Positions 40,320-50,698 of a DNA stretch of 64,000 nucleotides are shown piece by piece. Position 1 is the stretch's first letter. Each line of letters begins with the position of its first letter. Where the stretch lies: NCBI GenBank assembly GCA_963808235.1, contig CAWEEQ010000004.1, forward strand, positions 3,360,001 through 3,424,000, read 5' to 3'. The DNA is from an uncultured delta proteobacterium. GTDB lineage: Bacteria; Desulfobacterota; Binatia; Binatales; Binataceae. The notes beneath the pieces were generated by a model, which was not told where the DNA came from, made no database searches, and saw only the letters and a program-made list of their open reading frames with translations. Position numbers and translations under genes: made by a program.

Positions 40320-41918
40320 TCAGGCGGTGGCGCGATCGATCACTTCGAGCAGCGCGGCTTTTCGGATCGGCTTGGTCACGTGCTGGTCGCATCCGGCGTT
40401 GCGGCTGCTGATGAACGATTCGGACAGCGCGGCGGCGGAGAGTGCCACGATCGGGGTCGGGGTGCGATGATGGTCGCGTTCCCAATCCCGAATCGCGCGG
40501 GTCGCGGCATGCCCGTCCATCACCGGCATCTGAATGTCCATCAGGACCAGGTCGTACTTGTGGGCGATGAAGTGCTCGACTGCAAGCGCGCCATTTTCGA
40601 CCTCATCGATTCGGTACGGCGTATTCTTCAGGAACGCGGTGATCAGCATCCGGTTGTCCGCGGAATCGTCGGCGACCAGGATGCGCAACGGTTTGGACGG
40701 TGGTGCAGGCACTCGCGCTGGTGCATGCGCGCCGTTGCGCACCGCGGGCGCGAGATTCAATTTCGTGGAAGCGTCCTGGATTCGGAATCGTGCGCTGAAA
40801 TGAAAAGTGCTTCCGCGTTCGAGTTCGCTTTGCGCCCAGATCTTGCCGCCCATCAGTTCGACCAGCCGCTTGGCGATTGAGAGCCCGAGCCCGCTGCCGC
40901 CGTATTTTCTCGCGGTGGACGAATCGGCCTGAACGAAGGTCGCAAAAACCTGCTCGAGATCACTCGGTGCGATGCCGATTCCCGTATCGGTCACCGAGAA
41001 CTGAATCGCGCCCGCTTCGCCCGACGGGTCCTTCGATACCGTCAAGGCGATGCTCCCTTGCTCGGTGAACTTGGTCGCGTTGCCGATGAGGTTGACGAGA
41101 ATCTGGCGCACTCGAAGCGGGTCGCCAACCAGCGCGGTGGGCACGTTCGGCTCGATTCGCGCGGTCAAGACGAGCCCCTTCTCGCGCGCGCGGATGCCGA
41201 GTGTTTCGATCACCTGGTCGATTAAGCCCGCGAGGTCGAAGTTAACCTGCTCGAGGGTCAGTTTGCCGCTCTCGACTCGGGCCAAGTCGAGCACGTCGTT
41301 GATCAGCCCGAGCAGCGCGTTGCCGTTATCCATCATCGTGCCGAGGTAACGTCGTTGCTCTGCGTTGTACGGAGTTTCGAGCAATAGCTCCGCCATCCCG
41401 AGGATCGCGTTCAGCGGGGTGCGGATTTCGTGCGACATGCTGGACAGGAATTCTGACTTGGCGCGCGATGCGGCCAGCGCCTGCTCACGCGTCGCGATAA
41501 GCTCGCGTTCGGTCTCCTTCAGAAGCGTGATGTCGCGGCAGACGGTGATCACGCACTGCTCGCCTTGCAACTCCGTAATGGCGGCGGAAACGAGGCAGGG
41601 GATGATCGTGCCGTCTCGCGCGCGGAAACCCAGTTCGAGATTCTTGACCTGCCCGTGCGCGGTGACCTCGTCCTGGAAGCGTTTGCGATCGGCTGCGCTG
41701 GGCCAAACGCTGAACTTGAGATCCGACTCTCCGATCGCTTCGGCCCGCGTATAGCCGGTGATCTCGAAGGCGGGATTCACGTCGATATAGTGGCCGTCGG
41801 CGAGCGCGCTGATCGTGATGACGTCGGAACTGACGTCGAAGACCTTGCGCAGTTTCTCTTCGCTGACGCGGGTTTTGCGCTCGGATTGTTCGCGTTCCCG
41901 CGTGTAGCGTTCGCGCAT
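40320..41918 (-). CDS. hybrid sensor histidine kinase PAS-HisKA-HATPase-REC
   Basis: Motifs MSHEIRTPLN, GNA.KFT, GGSGLGL and LMDIQMP. Confidence 0.92.
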   Translation of the reverse strand: MRERYTREREQSERKTRVSEEKLRKVFDVSSDVITISALADGHYIDVNPAFEITGYTRAEAIGESDLKFSVWPSAADRKRFQDEVTAHGQVKNLELGFRARDGTIIPCLVSAAITELQGEQCVITVCRDITLLKETERELIATREQALAASRAKSEFLSSMSHEIRTPLNAILGMAELLLETPYNAEQRRYLGTMMDNGNALLGLINDVLDLARVESGKLTLEQVNFDLAGLIDQVIETLGIRAREKGLVLTARIEPNVPTALVGDPLRVRQILVNLIGNATKFTEQGSIALTVSKDPSGEAGAIQFSVTDTGIGIAPSDLEQVFATFVQADSSTARKYGGSGLGLSIAKRLVELMGGKIWAQSELERGSTFHFSARFRIQDASTKLNLAPAVRNGAHAPARVPAPPSKPLRILVADDSADNRMLITAFLKNTPYRIDEVENGALAVEHFIAHKYDLVLMDIQMPVMDGHAATRAIRDWERDHHRTPTPIVALSAAALSESFISSRNAGCDQHVTKPIRKAALLEVIDRATA

Positions 41919-42537
41919 CGCGGTTACCGCCTGAGCGATTGCCGGCCGCGGTCAGAACTCCTAGCCATTGCGCTGCTTCCTCTGCGCCGTGCCGACCCGC
42001 GCCGACTCGCATCGCCGACCATGCCACGACGCAAAGAATGTTGAATGAGCCCTGCCATCTCGACGGACCACGGAAAAATCGCGCCGGTACCCATCACCAT
42101 CAACATAATCGTCACCATGAACATGACGACTTCGCCATGCACCGAGCTAGTCACACCATCGCTGGCAACCACCATCGCACAGCCGATCCACATGATCGAT
42201 CGCCAATGCTCGCGAAAAATCACGGTGAAGCTGAGCGTCAGGAGTGTGCATCCGACTGCCAGGTCGAACAGAGAGTAGGCGAGGTGCAACGCCGCCGACG
42301 GATCCTGGCGAAACTCAGATCGGCAAGGCTGATCAGCGTCGAAATGATGATCAGCCCGGCGCCGCATCGAGCTGCTCTGAGCCGTCCATGCGTCTGTAGC
42401 AGAGTGCTGTCGTTGATGTCGGATTGCTCATCTATGACCAATAAGATGATGTGCAAGCGTAGTGCCGAGGTGCGATTGACCCGCCTTCAGCTACGGCGGC
42501 CTTAGCCGATCTGCTATCTCGCGAGTGTGGATGGCAT
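41919..42537 (-). pseudogene. fragmented transmembrane N-terminus of the adjacent kinase (several frameshifts)
   Basis: Hydrophobic TM-like stretches are spread over ORFs 41924..42367 and 42238..42456. Confidence 0.55.
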
Positions 42538-42618
42538 GCCCGCTTTCGGGACATCAATCGGAAGACCGAGCGCCAGTCGTCACCGACTAGTTCGACTGCG
42601 ATAATGCACGTGGGTTCT

Positions 42619-43170
42619 ATGAAGCGATCAGGACATCCGCATCGATCCGCGAAACTACTGCGTCGATGCGAACTTGCGCGACGGCATCTCGATCCGAATC
42701 CGTGCGATCGGCGCCGACGATCAGGAGCGCCTGCATGAGCACTTTCGCGGGCTCAGCCAGCAGTCGATCTACTTCCGCTTCATGGGCTTCAGGCGCGATT
42801 TGTCGGCGCAGGATTTGAAGCATCTCACCGAACTTGATTTCAACGATCACGTTGGGCTCGCCGCAACGATCACTGAAGATGGACGCGAACGCTTCATCGG
42901 TGTCGGCCGATACCTGCGCCTGAAAGGATCCGCATCATGCTGAAGTCGCGTTCGCGGTACTGGACGACTACCAGGGACGCGGTGTCGGCACGCTCCTGCT
43001 CGAGCATCTGGCGGTCATCGCGCGCGCGGGCAATATCACGGAGCTGGAAGCGAGCGTGCTCTCCGACAACCGGAATATGCTCGAAGTATTCGCGCACAGC
43101 GGTTTCAAGATCCGTCACCCGCTCGATGCCGGGAGTGGTGAACCTTTACTACTCGACTATCAAGTCCTAA
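42619..43170 (+). pseudogene. GNAT N-acetyltransferase (acyl-CoA-synthetase-associated type), about three frameshifts
   Basis: Fragments LRDG..I.IR.I...D, SIYFRF, AEVAFAV.D.YQGRGVGT and VL.DN..ML.VF..SGF lie in alternating frames. Confidence 0.75.
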
Positions 43171-43279
43171 AGATTCGTAGTCTGATACCTCGCCCTTATT
43201 TTTACGGGAGAGGAAGCCGGGTGCTGGCGGCCGATAGGTGAGATTCTGCTAATTGATTCAAAACATTTCGAGGTGCGCG

Positions 43280-44044
43280 ATGAGTCTGGTCGAATTCGCA
43301 ACCGAAGCCGAAATCGCAATCGTAACTATCAACCGGCCCGAGGCGCGCAACGCTGTCGATCGCCCCACCGCCGCGGCGTTGGCCGAGGCGTTTCGGCGCT
43401 TCGACGCTGACGATTCGCTCTCAGTCGCGATTCTGACCGGCGCGGGCGGAACGTTTTGCGCCGGCGCCGACTTGAAACAGGTCGCAACCGATCGCGGCAA
43501 TCGCGTCAGCGAAGATGGCGACGGTCCGCTCGGATGCACCCGCATGCTACTCGGCAAGCCGGTGATCGCGGCGGTCGAAGGATTCGCGGTCGCGGGCGGA
43601 ATCGAGCTGGCGCTATGGTGCGATCTTCGCGTCGCCGCGCGCGACGCAACCTTCGGCGTCTATTGCCGGCGCTTCGGAGTGCCGCTCTGCGACGGCGGCA
43701 CGATCCGGCTGCCGCGGCTTATCGGAATGTCTCGCGCGATGGACATGATCCTGACCGGCCGCGGCGTCTCAGGTGAAGAGGCGTTCGCGATCGGCCTCGC
43801 GAATCGAGTCGTAGAACCGGGCGAGACTCTTGCCGCGGCAAAAGACCTCGCAAAGCAAATCGCAGGCTTCCCGCAACGATGCGTCCGCTCAGATCGAATG
43901 TCGGCCTACGAATGCTGGCCGCTCCCGCTCGACGCCGCCCTGACAAACGAGTACCGCCACGGAATCGCCACGATCAACTCAGGCGAGACTCGCGCCGGCG
44001 CAGAGCGCTTCGCAAAAGGAATCGGCCGCCACGGCAAGTTCTAG
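43280..44044 (+). CDS. enoyl-CoA hydratase/isomerase
   Basis: Motifs INRP..RNA, FCAGADL, AVAGG.ELAL.CD and GVPL.DGGT. Confidence 0.93.
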   Translation: MSLVEFATEAEIAIVTINRPEARNAVDRPTAAALAEAFRRFDADDSLSVAILTGAGGTFCAGADLKQVATDRGNRVSEDGDGPLGCTRMLLGKPVIAAVEGFAVAGGIELALWCDLRVAARDATFGVYCRRFGVPLCDGGTIRLPRLIGMSRAMDMILTGRGVSGEEAFAIGLANRVVEPGETLAAAKDLAKQIAGFPQRCVRSDRMSAYECWPLPLDAALTNEYRHGIATINSGETRAGAERFAKGIGRHGKF

Positions 44045-44333
44045 GCGCAGGCGCGAATGACGGAACTCAATTTAATGTGAAACCCGCGGTGGTCGCCCCC
44101 GGCGCATGTTTCACACTTCCCTGGGCAGGGGTGACCCCTGCACCCAGTATTAAAGCAAAGATGCGGCGCTACGCGCCTGTTAGAAGTTTTGAGGCGGAGG
44201 TTTCCGCGTATTTACGTCTCCTTGTCCGAGGAGAGGTCGGGTGAGTGAGGAACGAAGCGAGCGAGGGTGAGGTTCAACGCCCGCCATCGCATCAAACGTA
44301 CTTTCTATTGGTGATAACTGCGACCCGACAAGC

Positions 44334-44923
44334 TGTAGTGATGGGAAAGATTGAGTTACACAGTTGACTTTGTCAGTCCGCGACCCAGCTGCCGAGAATT
44401 GTGATTCACGGCGATCCCGATCCGGACCACGTTTCGACAAGTTACGTCGAGCGCAGAATCTATCCGTCCGAATGGAATGCCGCCGATTTATTCGGCTCAC
44501 CAATGCGTTTTCCAGGAAGCTGGCGAACCTGAAAGCGTCGGTCGCGCTCCACTACGCGCACTATAATTTCGTGCGGATTCATCGGACGCTCAGGATGACG
44601 CCCGCTATGGCCGCTGGCGTGACGGATCGGCTATGGTCGGTCGAGGAATTGATGGAAGCGGTGCTCTTCGCATGATGCAGGTCAGACCGTCACGCAACGC
44701 GAAGCCGGGATGGCGATGGCGCGTCGGGGTTATCGTGTTTGCGTTGATTGGAACTTGGGGTTTCTTTTGTCTATTTGTTGGGCGCTCATTCGCCCCGATT
44801 GGGACGGGAATAATGGTTGGCGAATTCCTCGTTGTTCTCGTGCTGCTATATTTGCTTGATCCTATCCTTCGCGCCCGACTTCTTGCTCGATTCCGTAGGT
44901 CAAATTCAAATTAGGACACTACC
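44334..44923 (+). mobile_element. internally deleted IS1-family element with a passenger gene
   Basis: Transposase C-terminus STSYVE.QNL..RM..RRF.RLTNAFS.K...YNF.R.H..L..TPAMAAG; right end TTCAAATTAGGACACTACC; degenerate left end TGTAGTG. Confidence 0.75.
44672..44914 (+). CDS. small two-TM hypothetical protein, IS passenger
   Basis: Start overlaps the transposase stop (ATGA); the stop codon is supplied by the IS end (..SNSN*); T-rich. Confidence 0.6.
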   Translation: MMQVRPSRNAKPGWRWRVGVIVFALIGTWGFFCLFVGRSFAPIGTGIMVGEFLVVLVLLYLLDPILRARLLARFRRSNSN

Positions 44924-45097
44924 CTATAGCGCGGGGGCATTGTGTCGCTGACGCGCTTCCTATATTCTTTCGGGCAAGTCAATCGTGACTTTATGCGCGC
45001 GTCGGATTCCGTGACGCCACCACCTTCGCAACATCAGACCCACACGTTCGGCGTTTTCACGAACTGGAATCCGGGGCTCTGAACCATAGGATACTGT

Positions 45098-46312
45098 TTG
45101 TCGTTTTCTGAATTTCCCGTTTCCCCCGAGATCCATCGTTCAATCAAAGACCGCGGTCATCACACACCGACCCCGGTCCAAGCCGGAGCTATCCCGGTTG
45201 CGCTCAGTGGGCGCGACGTGGTTGCCACGGCTGAAACCGGCAGCGGCAAGACCGCGGCCTTTCTGATCCCGACTATTGACCGGTTGCATCGCAAGCACAC
45301 CCGGCATATCGCCGCGCTGGTGATCATGCCGACCCGCGAGCTTGCGGCGCAGGCAGCGCGCGAGTTCGAGCTGATCGCTCGCCACACCCATATCCGCTGC
45401 GCGACGGTGGTCGGCGGAGAATCTGAACGGCGCCAAATCGACGAGATTCGCAAGGGCGCGCAGGTACTGGTCGCATGCCCCGGCCGGCTGATCGATTTTA
45501 TCGAGCGCGGCATCGTCAAGCTCGACAAAATTGAAGTCGTCATCATCGACGAGGCCGACCGCCTGCTCGACATGGGCTTCCTGCCGCAACTGCGCCGGAT
45601 CATGAGGATGGTGCCGAAGCATCGCCAGACCATGATGTTCTCGGCGACGATGGCCTCGGGCCCGGAAATGATCGCGCGCGAATTTCTGACTACGCCGGAG
45701 CGAATCACGGTCGGCGGAAAATCGGCGCCGCCGTCGCAGATTCGCCAATCGATCTATCCGGTCACGCTCGAGAACAAGGGCCCGGTGCTGCTCGAGATCC
45801 TGAAGCGGCCCGAAGTCGAGAGCGCAATCGTTTTCACCCGCACCAAGAGCCGCGCCGACCGGGTCGCCAAGCTGCTGATACGCGCCAATATCAAGGCGGT
45901 GCAGATTCATGGCGATCGTTCCCAGAGCCAGCGCAACGCGGCGTTGGCGGGCTTTCGGGCGCGAAAGTTTCGCGTCATGGTCGCGACCGACGTGGCCGCG
46001 CGCGGACTCGACATCCCGGACGTTTCCCACGTGATCAACTTCGACCTTCCCGACGAAACCGAAGGCTACATCCATCGCATCGGCCGCACCGCCCGGATGG
46101 GCAAGGCCGGCGAAGCGATCAGCCTGGTGACGCAAGAAGAGCGGGTCAATCTTGCCCGGCTCGAGCGCACGCTCGGCAACGCGCTCGACCGCGAGCACGT
46201 CGAGGGATTCGAGAAAATCGAAATCCTGGCGCCCAAGCCGGTGACCGTGTTCCGATCTTCGGGCGCGCGCAACCGCTCGGTGCGCAATCGTCCGCGTTCG
46301 CGCTGGGCGTAG
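45098..46312 (+). CDS. DEAD-box RNA helicase (RhlE-like)
   Basis: Q motif; motifs GSGKT, PTRELA, DEAD, SAT, ARGLD and HRIGRTAR. Confidence 0.96.
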   Translation: MSFSEFPVSPEIHRSIKDRGHHTPTPVQAGAIPVALSGRDVVATAETGSGKTAAFLIPTIDRLHRKHTRHIAALVIMPTRELAAQAAREFELIARHTHIRCATVVGGESERRQIDEIRKGAQVLVACPGRLIDFIERGIVKLDKIEVVIIDEADRLLDMGFLPQLRRIMRMVPKHRQTMMFSATMASGPEMIAREFLTTPERITVGGKSAPPSQIRQSIYPVTLENKGPVLLEILKRPEVESAIVFTRTKSRADRVAKLLIRANIKAVQIHGDRSQSQRNAALAGFRARKFRVMVATDVAARGLDIPDVSHVINFDLPDETEGYIHRIGRTARMGKAGEAISLVTQEERVNLARLERTLGNALDREHVEGFEKIEILAPKPVTVFRSSGARNRSVRNRPRSRWA

Positions 46313-46493
46313 CAGCCACAAATTCGCGCTATGAGTTCGCCTGCCACGGTGCAGATCGCAACTACGATCGGCACCGCGGCCAGGCGGCGCATTTCCCTGT
46401 GATATAATCGCCGCTAATGTTTTCGCGCGGGGAACTCTTTCATCGCAAAACAGCGGTACCTCGCCGTTGGTACCTTCTGCTAAAGGAGTGCGG

Positions 46494-48257
46494 ATGCGAC
46501 GACCTCATCGAATCAACCTCATCCTCGTTCGCCTGGTGCTGGCCGCGACTGCTGCCACAATTTTCAGCCTCAATGGATGCACCGCAACCAAGCTGCTGCT
46601 CACCGGGGGTGAGAAGCAGGTCAAGCATCATCTCCGTCCGGTTGAACCGGGTCCTTATGTAATCGTCTTCGGCTTCGACGGCGCCGGCTATGATCAGTTG
46701 AATGAGGCCATAGAATCCGGCAACGCGCCGAATCTTCACGCGCTGCTGGGCAAGAAACAAAAACAGGGCGACCTTGGTGTGTACGAGCACGCTTACTCGG
46801 CGCCCAATGCGCTCACTATCCTGCCCTCGACCACGGTCGCCGCGTGGTCGTCGATCTTCACCGGCGCGACGCCCGCTTACACCGGTGTGACGGGCAACGA
46901 ATGGTTCGTGCGTGAGGAGATGAGGTTCTATGCGCCCGCGCCGGTTTCAGTTGAAGAGACCGATGACACCCGCGCGGCGGTGACTGACGACCTGGTCGGC
47001 AATGCGCTGATGACCCCCACCTTGTTCAAGCAGGCTGGGGTGAAGTCGGCAGTCTCGCTGAATTACGTCTATCGCAGCGCTGACTACTACACGACCGTCG
47101 ATCCCACCACGATGGTCAGCATCATGGGTGATTTCATCAAGGGAGCGGTCGGCGTTGAGGATGACAAAAAGGACATCTACGTAAAGCTCGATCAAGACTC
47201 GGTGCCCAAGATGCTCGAATCGATCGAAACCCACGGGATGCCCAAAATACAGGTGGTCTATTTTCCGGGCATCGATCTGTACACCCATGTCGCTACCGGC
47301 AACCCGCTCAAGAAAGAGGTCGGCTATATCGAGAGGATCACCGACCCGTTGGTCGGGCAGGTGCTGGACGCATACCGGTCGTACGGCATTCTAGATCAGA
47401 CTTACATCGTGATCATCGCCGATCACGGTCACACACCAGTGTTGCGCGATCCGGAGCATGCGCTCGGCGCGGACCCTGACAATGGACCTGCGGCGGTGGT
47501 CAAGGCGGTAGGCTTTCGTCCGCGAAAATTCCAGCTGACCCCCGGCCCAAATGAGCAGGATTTTCAGTCCGCGTTCGCATACCAGGGCGCGATTTCCTAC
47601 GTCTATCTCGCCGACCGTTCGACTTGTCCGAATCCCGGCCAGACCTGTGACTGGAAAAAACCACCGCGATTCAAGCAAGACGTGATGCCGGTGGTTCGCG
47701 CCCTCTACAAGGAAAATCAGACCGGCAATATCACACCGCATCTGAAGCATACGCTCGATCTGATCTTTGCCCGCCAGCCCGTACCGCCCGGAACAAATAC
47801 GCTTCCTTTCGAAATCTTCGACGGCAAACAGCTGGTGCCAATTTCGGATTATCTCGATGAACATCCGAGACCCGATCTGATCGATCTCGACCGGCGAATG
47901 CGATGGCTGAGCTGCGGGCCCTACGGCAATCGCGCGGGCGATATCCTGCTGCTGACAAAGACGGGGCTGGACCGGCCGATCGGGCGGCGCTTTTACTTCT
48001 CGGGCCCGTACAATTCGTGGCATGGCAGCGCGTCGATGCAGGACAGTCACATCCCGCTGATCGTCGCGAGTCAGAGTCATTCGGGAGCAGAGCTGGAGGC
48101 GATAGTTGAACGCATCGCCGACGACAAACCGTCGGAGCTGGACTTGACGCCGATCGTACGGGCGTTGCTGCTTACTCCGGTCGCGCATCCAGCAGCGCTG
48201 CCGGCTAGCTCTCCGGCAGCGGTCCCGTCAACGACGCCCGCTGCGACACCTCAATAA
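46494..48257 (+). CDS. alkaline-phosphatase-superfamily (NPP-type) lipoprotein
   Basis: Lipobox LNGC; motifs FGFDG, PSTT, D..TH, ADHG and HGS. Confidence 0.82.
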   Translation: MRRPHRINLILVRLVLAATAATIFSLNGCTATKLLLTGGEKQVKHHLRPVEPGPYVIVFGFDGAGYDQLNEAIESGNAPNLHALLGKKQKQGDLGVYEHAYSAPNALTILPSTTVAAWSSIFTGATPAYTGVTGNEWFVREEMRFYAPAPVSVEETDDTRAAVTDDLVGNALMTPTLFKQAGVKSAVSLNYVYRSADYYTTVDPTTMVSIMGDFIKGAVGVEDDKKDIYVKLDQDSVPKMLESIETHGMPKIQVVYFPGIDLYTHVATGNPLKKEVGYIERITDPLVGQVLDAYRSYGILDQTYIVIIADHGHTPVLRDPEHALGADPDNGPAAVVKAVGFRPRKFQLTPGPNEQDFQSAFAYQGAISYVYLADRSTCPNPGQTCDWKKPPRFKQDVMPVVRALYKENQTGNITPHLKHTLDLIFARQPVPPGTNTLPFEIFDGKQLVPISDYLDEHPRPDLIDLDRRMRWLSCGPYGNRAGDILLLTKTGLDRPIGRRFYFSGPYNSWHGSASMQDSHIPLIVASQSHSGAELEAIVERIADDKPSELDLTPIVRALLLTPVAHPAALPASSPAAVPSTTPAATPQ

Positions 48258-48924
48258 AGTTGCCGTCGGGATCGCGGATGAAGGAAATTCGCGCAACCGC
48301 GCCGAGCGTCACCGGCGCCGCACCTTCCCACACGCCCATCGAGGTAAGGCGGCGATGCTCGCGGTCGCAGTCGCGGACCTGCACTGTGATGTAACGCATC
48401 CCGATCGCGCGCATCGAGCCGATCACGTCGATCGCGCTCGCCGACGCAGACTTCGGTGCCGCAACCGCATCGCGATCGTGTGCGAAGCTGATCACGGTTT
48501 CGCCCAGCTTGAAGCGTCCCGCGCCGAGCCGCTCCGCCTGGAGCGCATCGCCGTAGAATTGCTCAAAGGCGGCTTCGTCGGTGACTCCCAGATGAATCTC
48601 GATCTGCTTGATACCGCGATGACCGGCTGGAACCAGTTCGATATCGTTGCGATCAGGATCGAGCAACTCTGAGGGCGTCGAAGTGGAGGGGGCGGAAATT
48701 GTAATCCGCTTGTAGCCGCCGGACTTTCTCGGCGGGAGCGGATCGCGAGCGTGATTTATTTTCAGCACCGAACCAAGCAGTCCGAAGCGATATTGCCGCA
48801 CTCCGGCGCCGACCGGCAGGATCTCCTCGAAGGGCAGATGGATTAGCTCAGTGTAGAATGCGCGCATCTCGTCGATACGGTTGGTGAAGAGGCCCACGTC
48901 CACGAACTGCTTTGCGAGTTCCAT
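48205..48924 (-). CDS. VOC/glyoxalase family protein (two domains)
   Basis: Repeated DPD.N.IE motif. Confidence 0.8.
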   Translation of the reverse strand: MELAKQFVDVGLFTNRIDEMRAFYTELIHLPFEEILPVGAGVRQYRFGLLGSVLKINHARDPLPPRKSGGYKRITISAPSTSTPSELLDPDRNDIELVPAGHRGIKQIEIHLGVTDEAAFEQFYGDALQAERLGAGRFKLGETVISFAHDRDAVAAPKSASASAIDVIGSMRAIGMRYITVQVRDCDREHRRLTSMGVWEGAAPVTLGAVARISFIRDPDGNFIEVSQRASLTGPLPES

Positions 48925-49018
48925 TTTCGATCTCCCATCAAACGCATTACCTCATCGCCAAGGCCGTTCTCAAGTAACCTGCGTCGCACGATTTGAAGAC
49001 TGTTGCATTGCGGATAAT

Positions 49019-49034
49019 ATTAACTATAGTTAAT
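49019..49034. promoter_or_regulatory. perfect 16-bp palindrome, candidate operator
   Basis: ATTAACTATAGTTAAT in the AT-rich divergent intergenic region. Confidence 0.6.
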
Positions 49035-49052
49035 TACATCCGTGAGATGGAA

Positions 49053-49811
49053 ATGACGACGATGGATGCCAAACAAACCTGGGACCCCGACAGTTACGCG
49101 CGCAATGCTCGTTTCGTCTCCGATCTCGGCGCGCCGGTGGTCGAATTGCTCGCACCGAAAGCGGGCGAGCGAATCCTCGACCTCGGATGCGGCGACGGCG
49201 CGCTGACCGCGAGACTCGTCGCGCTCGGATGCGTCGTGGTCGGCGTGGATGCGAGCGCCGCGCAGGTCGAAGCTGCACGGCGCATCGGCCTCGACGCACG
49301 CGTCGGCGACGGGAATCAGCTAGGCTTCGACGCCGAGTTCGACGCGGTGTTCAGCAACGCCGCGATTCACTGGATGAATCGCCCCGACGACGTCATCGCG
49401 GGCGTATCGCGGGCTCTCAGAGCCGGCGGGCGCTTTGTCGGCGAATTCGGCGGCTACGGATGTGTCGAGAAAATCAAGCGCGCGCTCATCGCGGCGCTGA
49501 CCCGCCGCGGAATCGATGGCGAGCGACTCAATCCATGGTACTTCCCGACGGTCGAGGATTACTCGGCGCGGCTCGTGCGCGGCGGCTTCACAGTCAGGTA
49601 TATCGCGCTCATTCCGCGCCCGACTCCGCTGCCGACCGAAATCAACGGGTGGCTCGATACCTTCGCGCAAGCCTTCATGGCGCCGCTCGACACCGGCGCG
49701 CGCCCCGCATTTATCGACGAAGTTCGCGAGTCGTTGCGTCCGGATCTTTGCGACGCGGACGGCAACTGGTTCGCCGACTACGTGCGGCTGCGTTTTGCCG
49801 CCGACAAGTAG
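49053..49811 (+). CDS. class I SAM methyltransferase (Tam-like)
   Basis: Motifs LDLGCGDG, FDAVFSNAA.HW and ADYVRLRF. Confidence 0.9.
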   Translation: MTTMDAKQTWDPDSYARNARFVSDLGAPVVELLAPKAGERILDLGCGDGALTARLVALGCVVVGVDASAAQVEAARRIGLDARVGDGNQLGFDAEFDAVFSNAAIHWMNRPDDVIAGVSRALRAGGRFVGEFGGYGCVEKIKRALIAALTRRGIDGERLNPWYFPTVEDYSARLVRGGFTVRYIALIPRPTPLPTEINGWLDTFAQAFMAPLDTGARPAFIDEVRESLRPDLCDADGNWFADYVRLRFAADK

Positions 49812-49872
49812 CGTTTCCTGAATCCCGGCGTTGTTGAGTTCGCGCCCGAGGGTCGGGCAGTATCCGTTTGCG

Positions 49873-50619
49873 ATGAGCATCTTCCGCGAACTGACCGAGG
49901 GCTTGCCGCGCCAGGCTCCCGGCTCCTCGAAGGCAACTATCCGGACGCTGGGTTTGGCGCGCGGGTTGCCGGAGCGTCCGAGGATTCTGGACGTGGGATG
50001 CGGCCCCGGCGCGCAGACGATCGATCTCGCGCGCGCGACCTATGGCGAGATCGTCGCGGTCGATATCAGGCAGCGATTCCTCGATGAACTAAATGAACGC
50101 GCACGCGACGCCTGCGTTCTTTCGCAAATCACAACGGTCAACGTTTCGATGTTTGAGATGAACTTTGAGCCCGAGTCGTTCGATCTGATCTGGTCCGAGG
50201 GCGCGATTTATATAGCCGGGTTTGCCGAGGGGCTTGGCGCGTGGCGGCGTTTCCTTAAGCCGGACGGATGGATGGCGGTCTCGGAACTGTCGTGGCTGGT
50301 GCCCGATCCACCGGCGGAGGCGGCGCACTTCTGGGCGCGCAACTATCCCGGCATGAGATCGATCGAACGTAACTGCCAGGTCATCGCCGAAACCGGTTAC
50401 GTCGACGCCGATGGTTTCGTGCTCCCGGTTCAGGACTGGTGGGACAACTATTATGGACCGGTGCACGCGCGGGTTCAGAAGCTCAGAACGAAGTACGCCG
50501 GCGATCCGGAGGTCCTCGCGATTCTCGACGATCATCAGCGCGAGTACGATCTCTTCCGCACCCACTCCGACGCCTACGGCTACGTCTTTTACGTGATGCG
50601 CAAGCCCGCGCCGCACTAG
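49873..50619 (+). CDS. class I SAM methyltransferase
   Basis: Motifs PRQ.PGS, LDVGCGPG.QT, DLIWSEGA and YGY.FY. Confidence 0.9.
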   Translation: MSIFRELTEGLPRQAPGSSKATIRTLGLARGLPERPRILDVGCGPGAQTIDLARATYGEIVAVDIRQRFLDELNERARDACVLSQITTVNVSMFEMNFEPESFDLIWSEGAIYIAGFAEGLGAWRRFLKPDGWMAVSELSWLVPDPPAEAAHFWARNYPGMRSIERNCQVIAETGYVDADGFVLPVQDWWDNYYGPVHARVQKLRTKYAGDPEVLAILDDHQREYDLFRTHSDAYGYVFYVMRKPAPH

Positions 50620-50698
50620 CATCCGCGCTCGCCTTTCATTTGCCCGCGAACTGAGTTAGCTGTTGCGATAGAAATAATCAGACCCCGCGAGGATCGAA

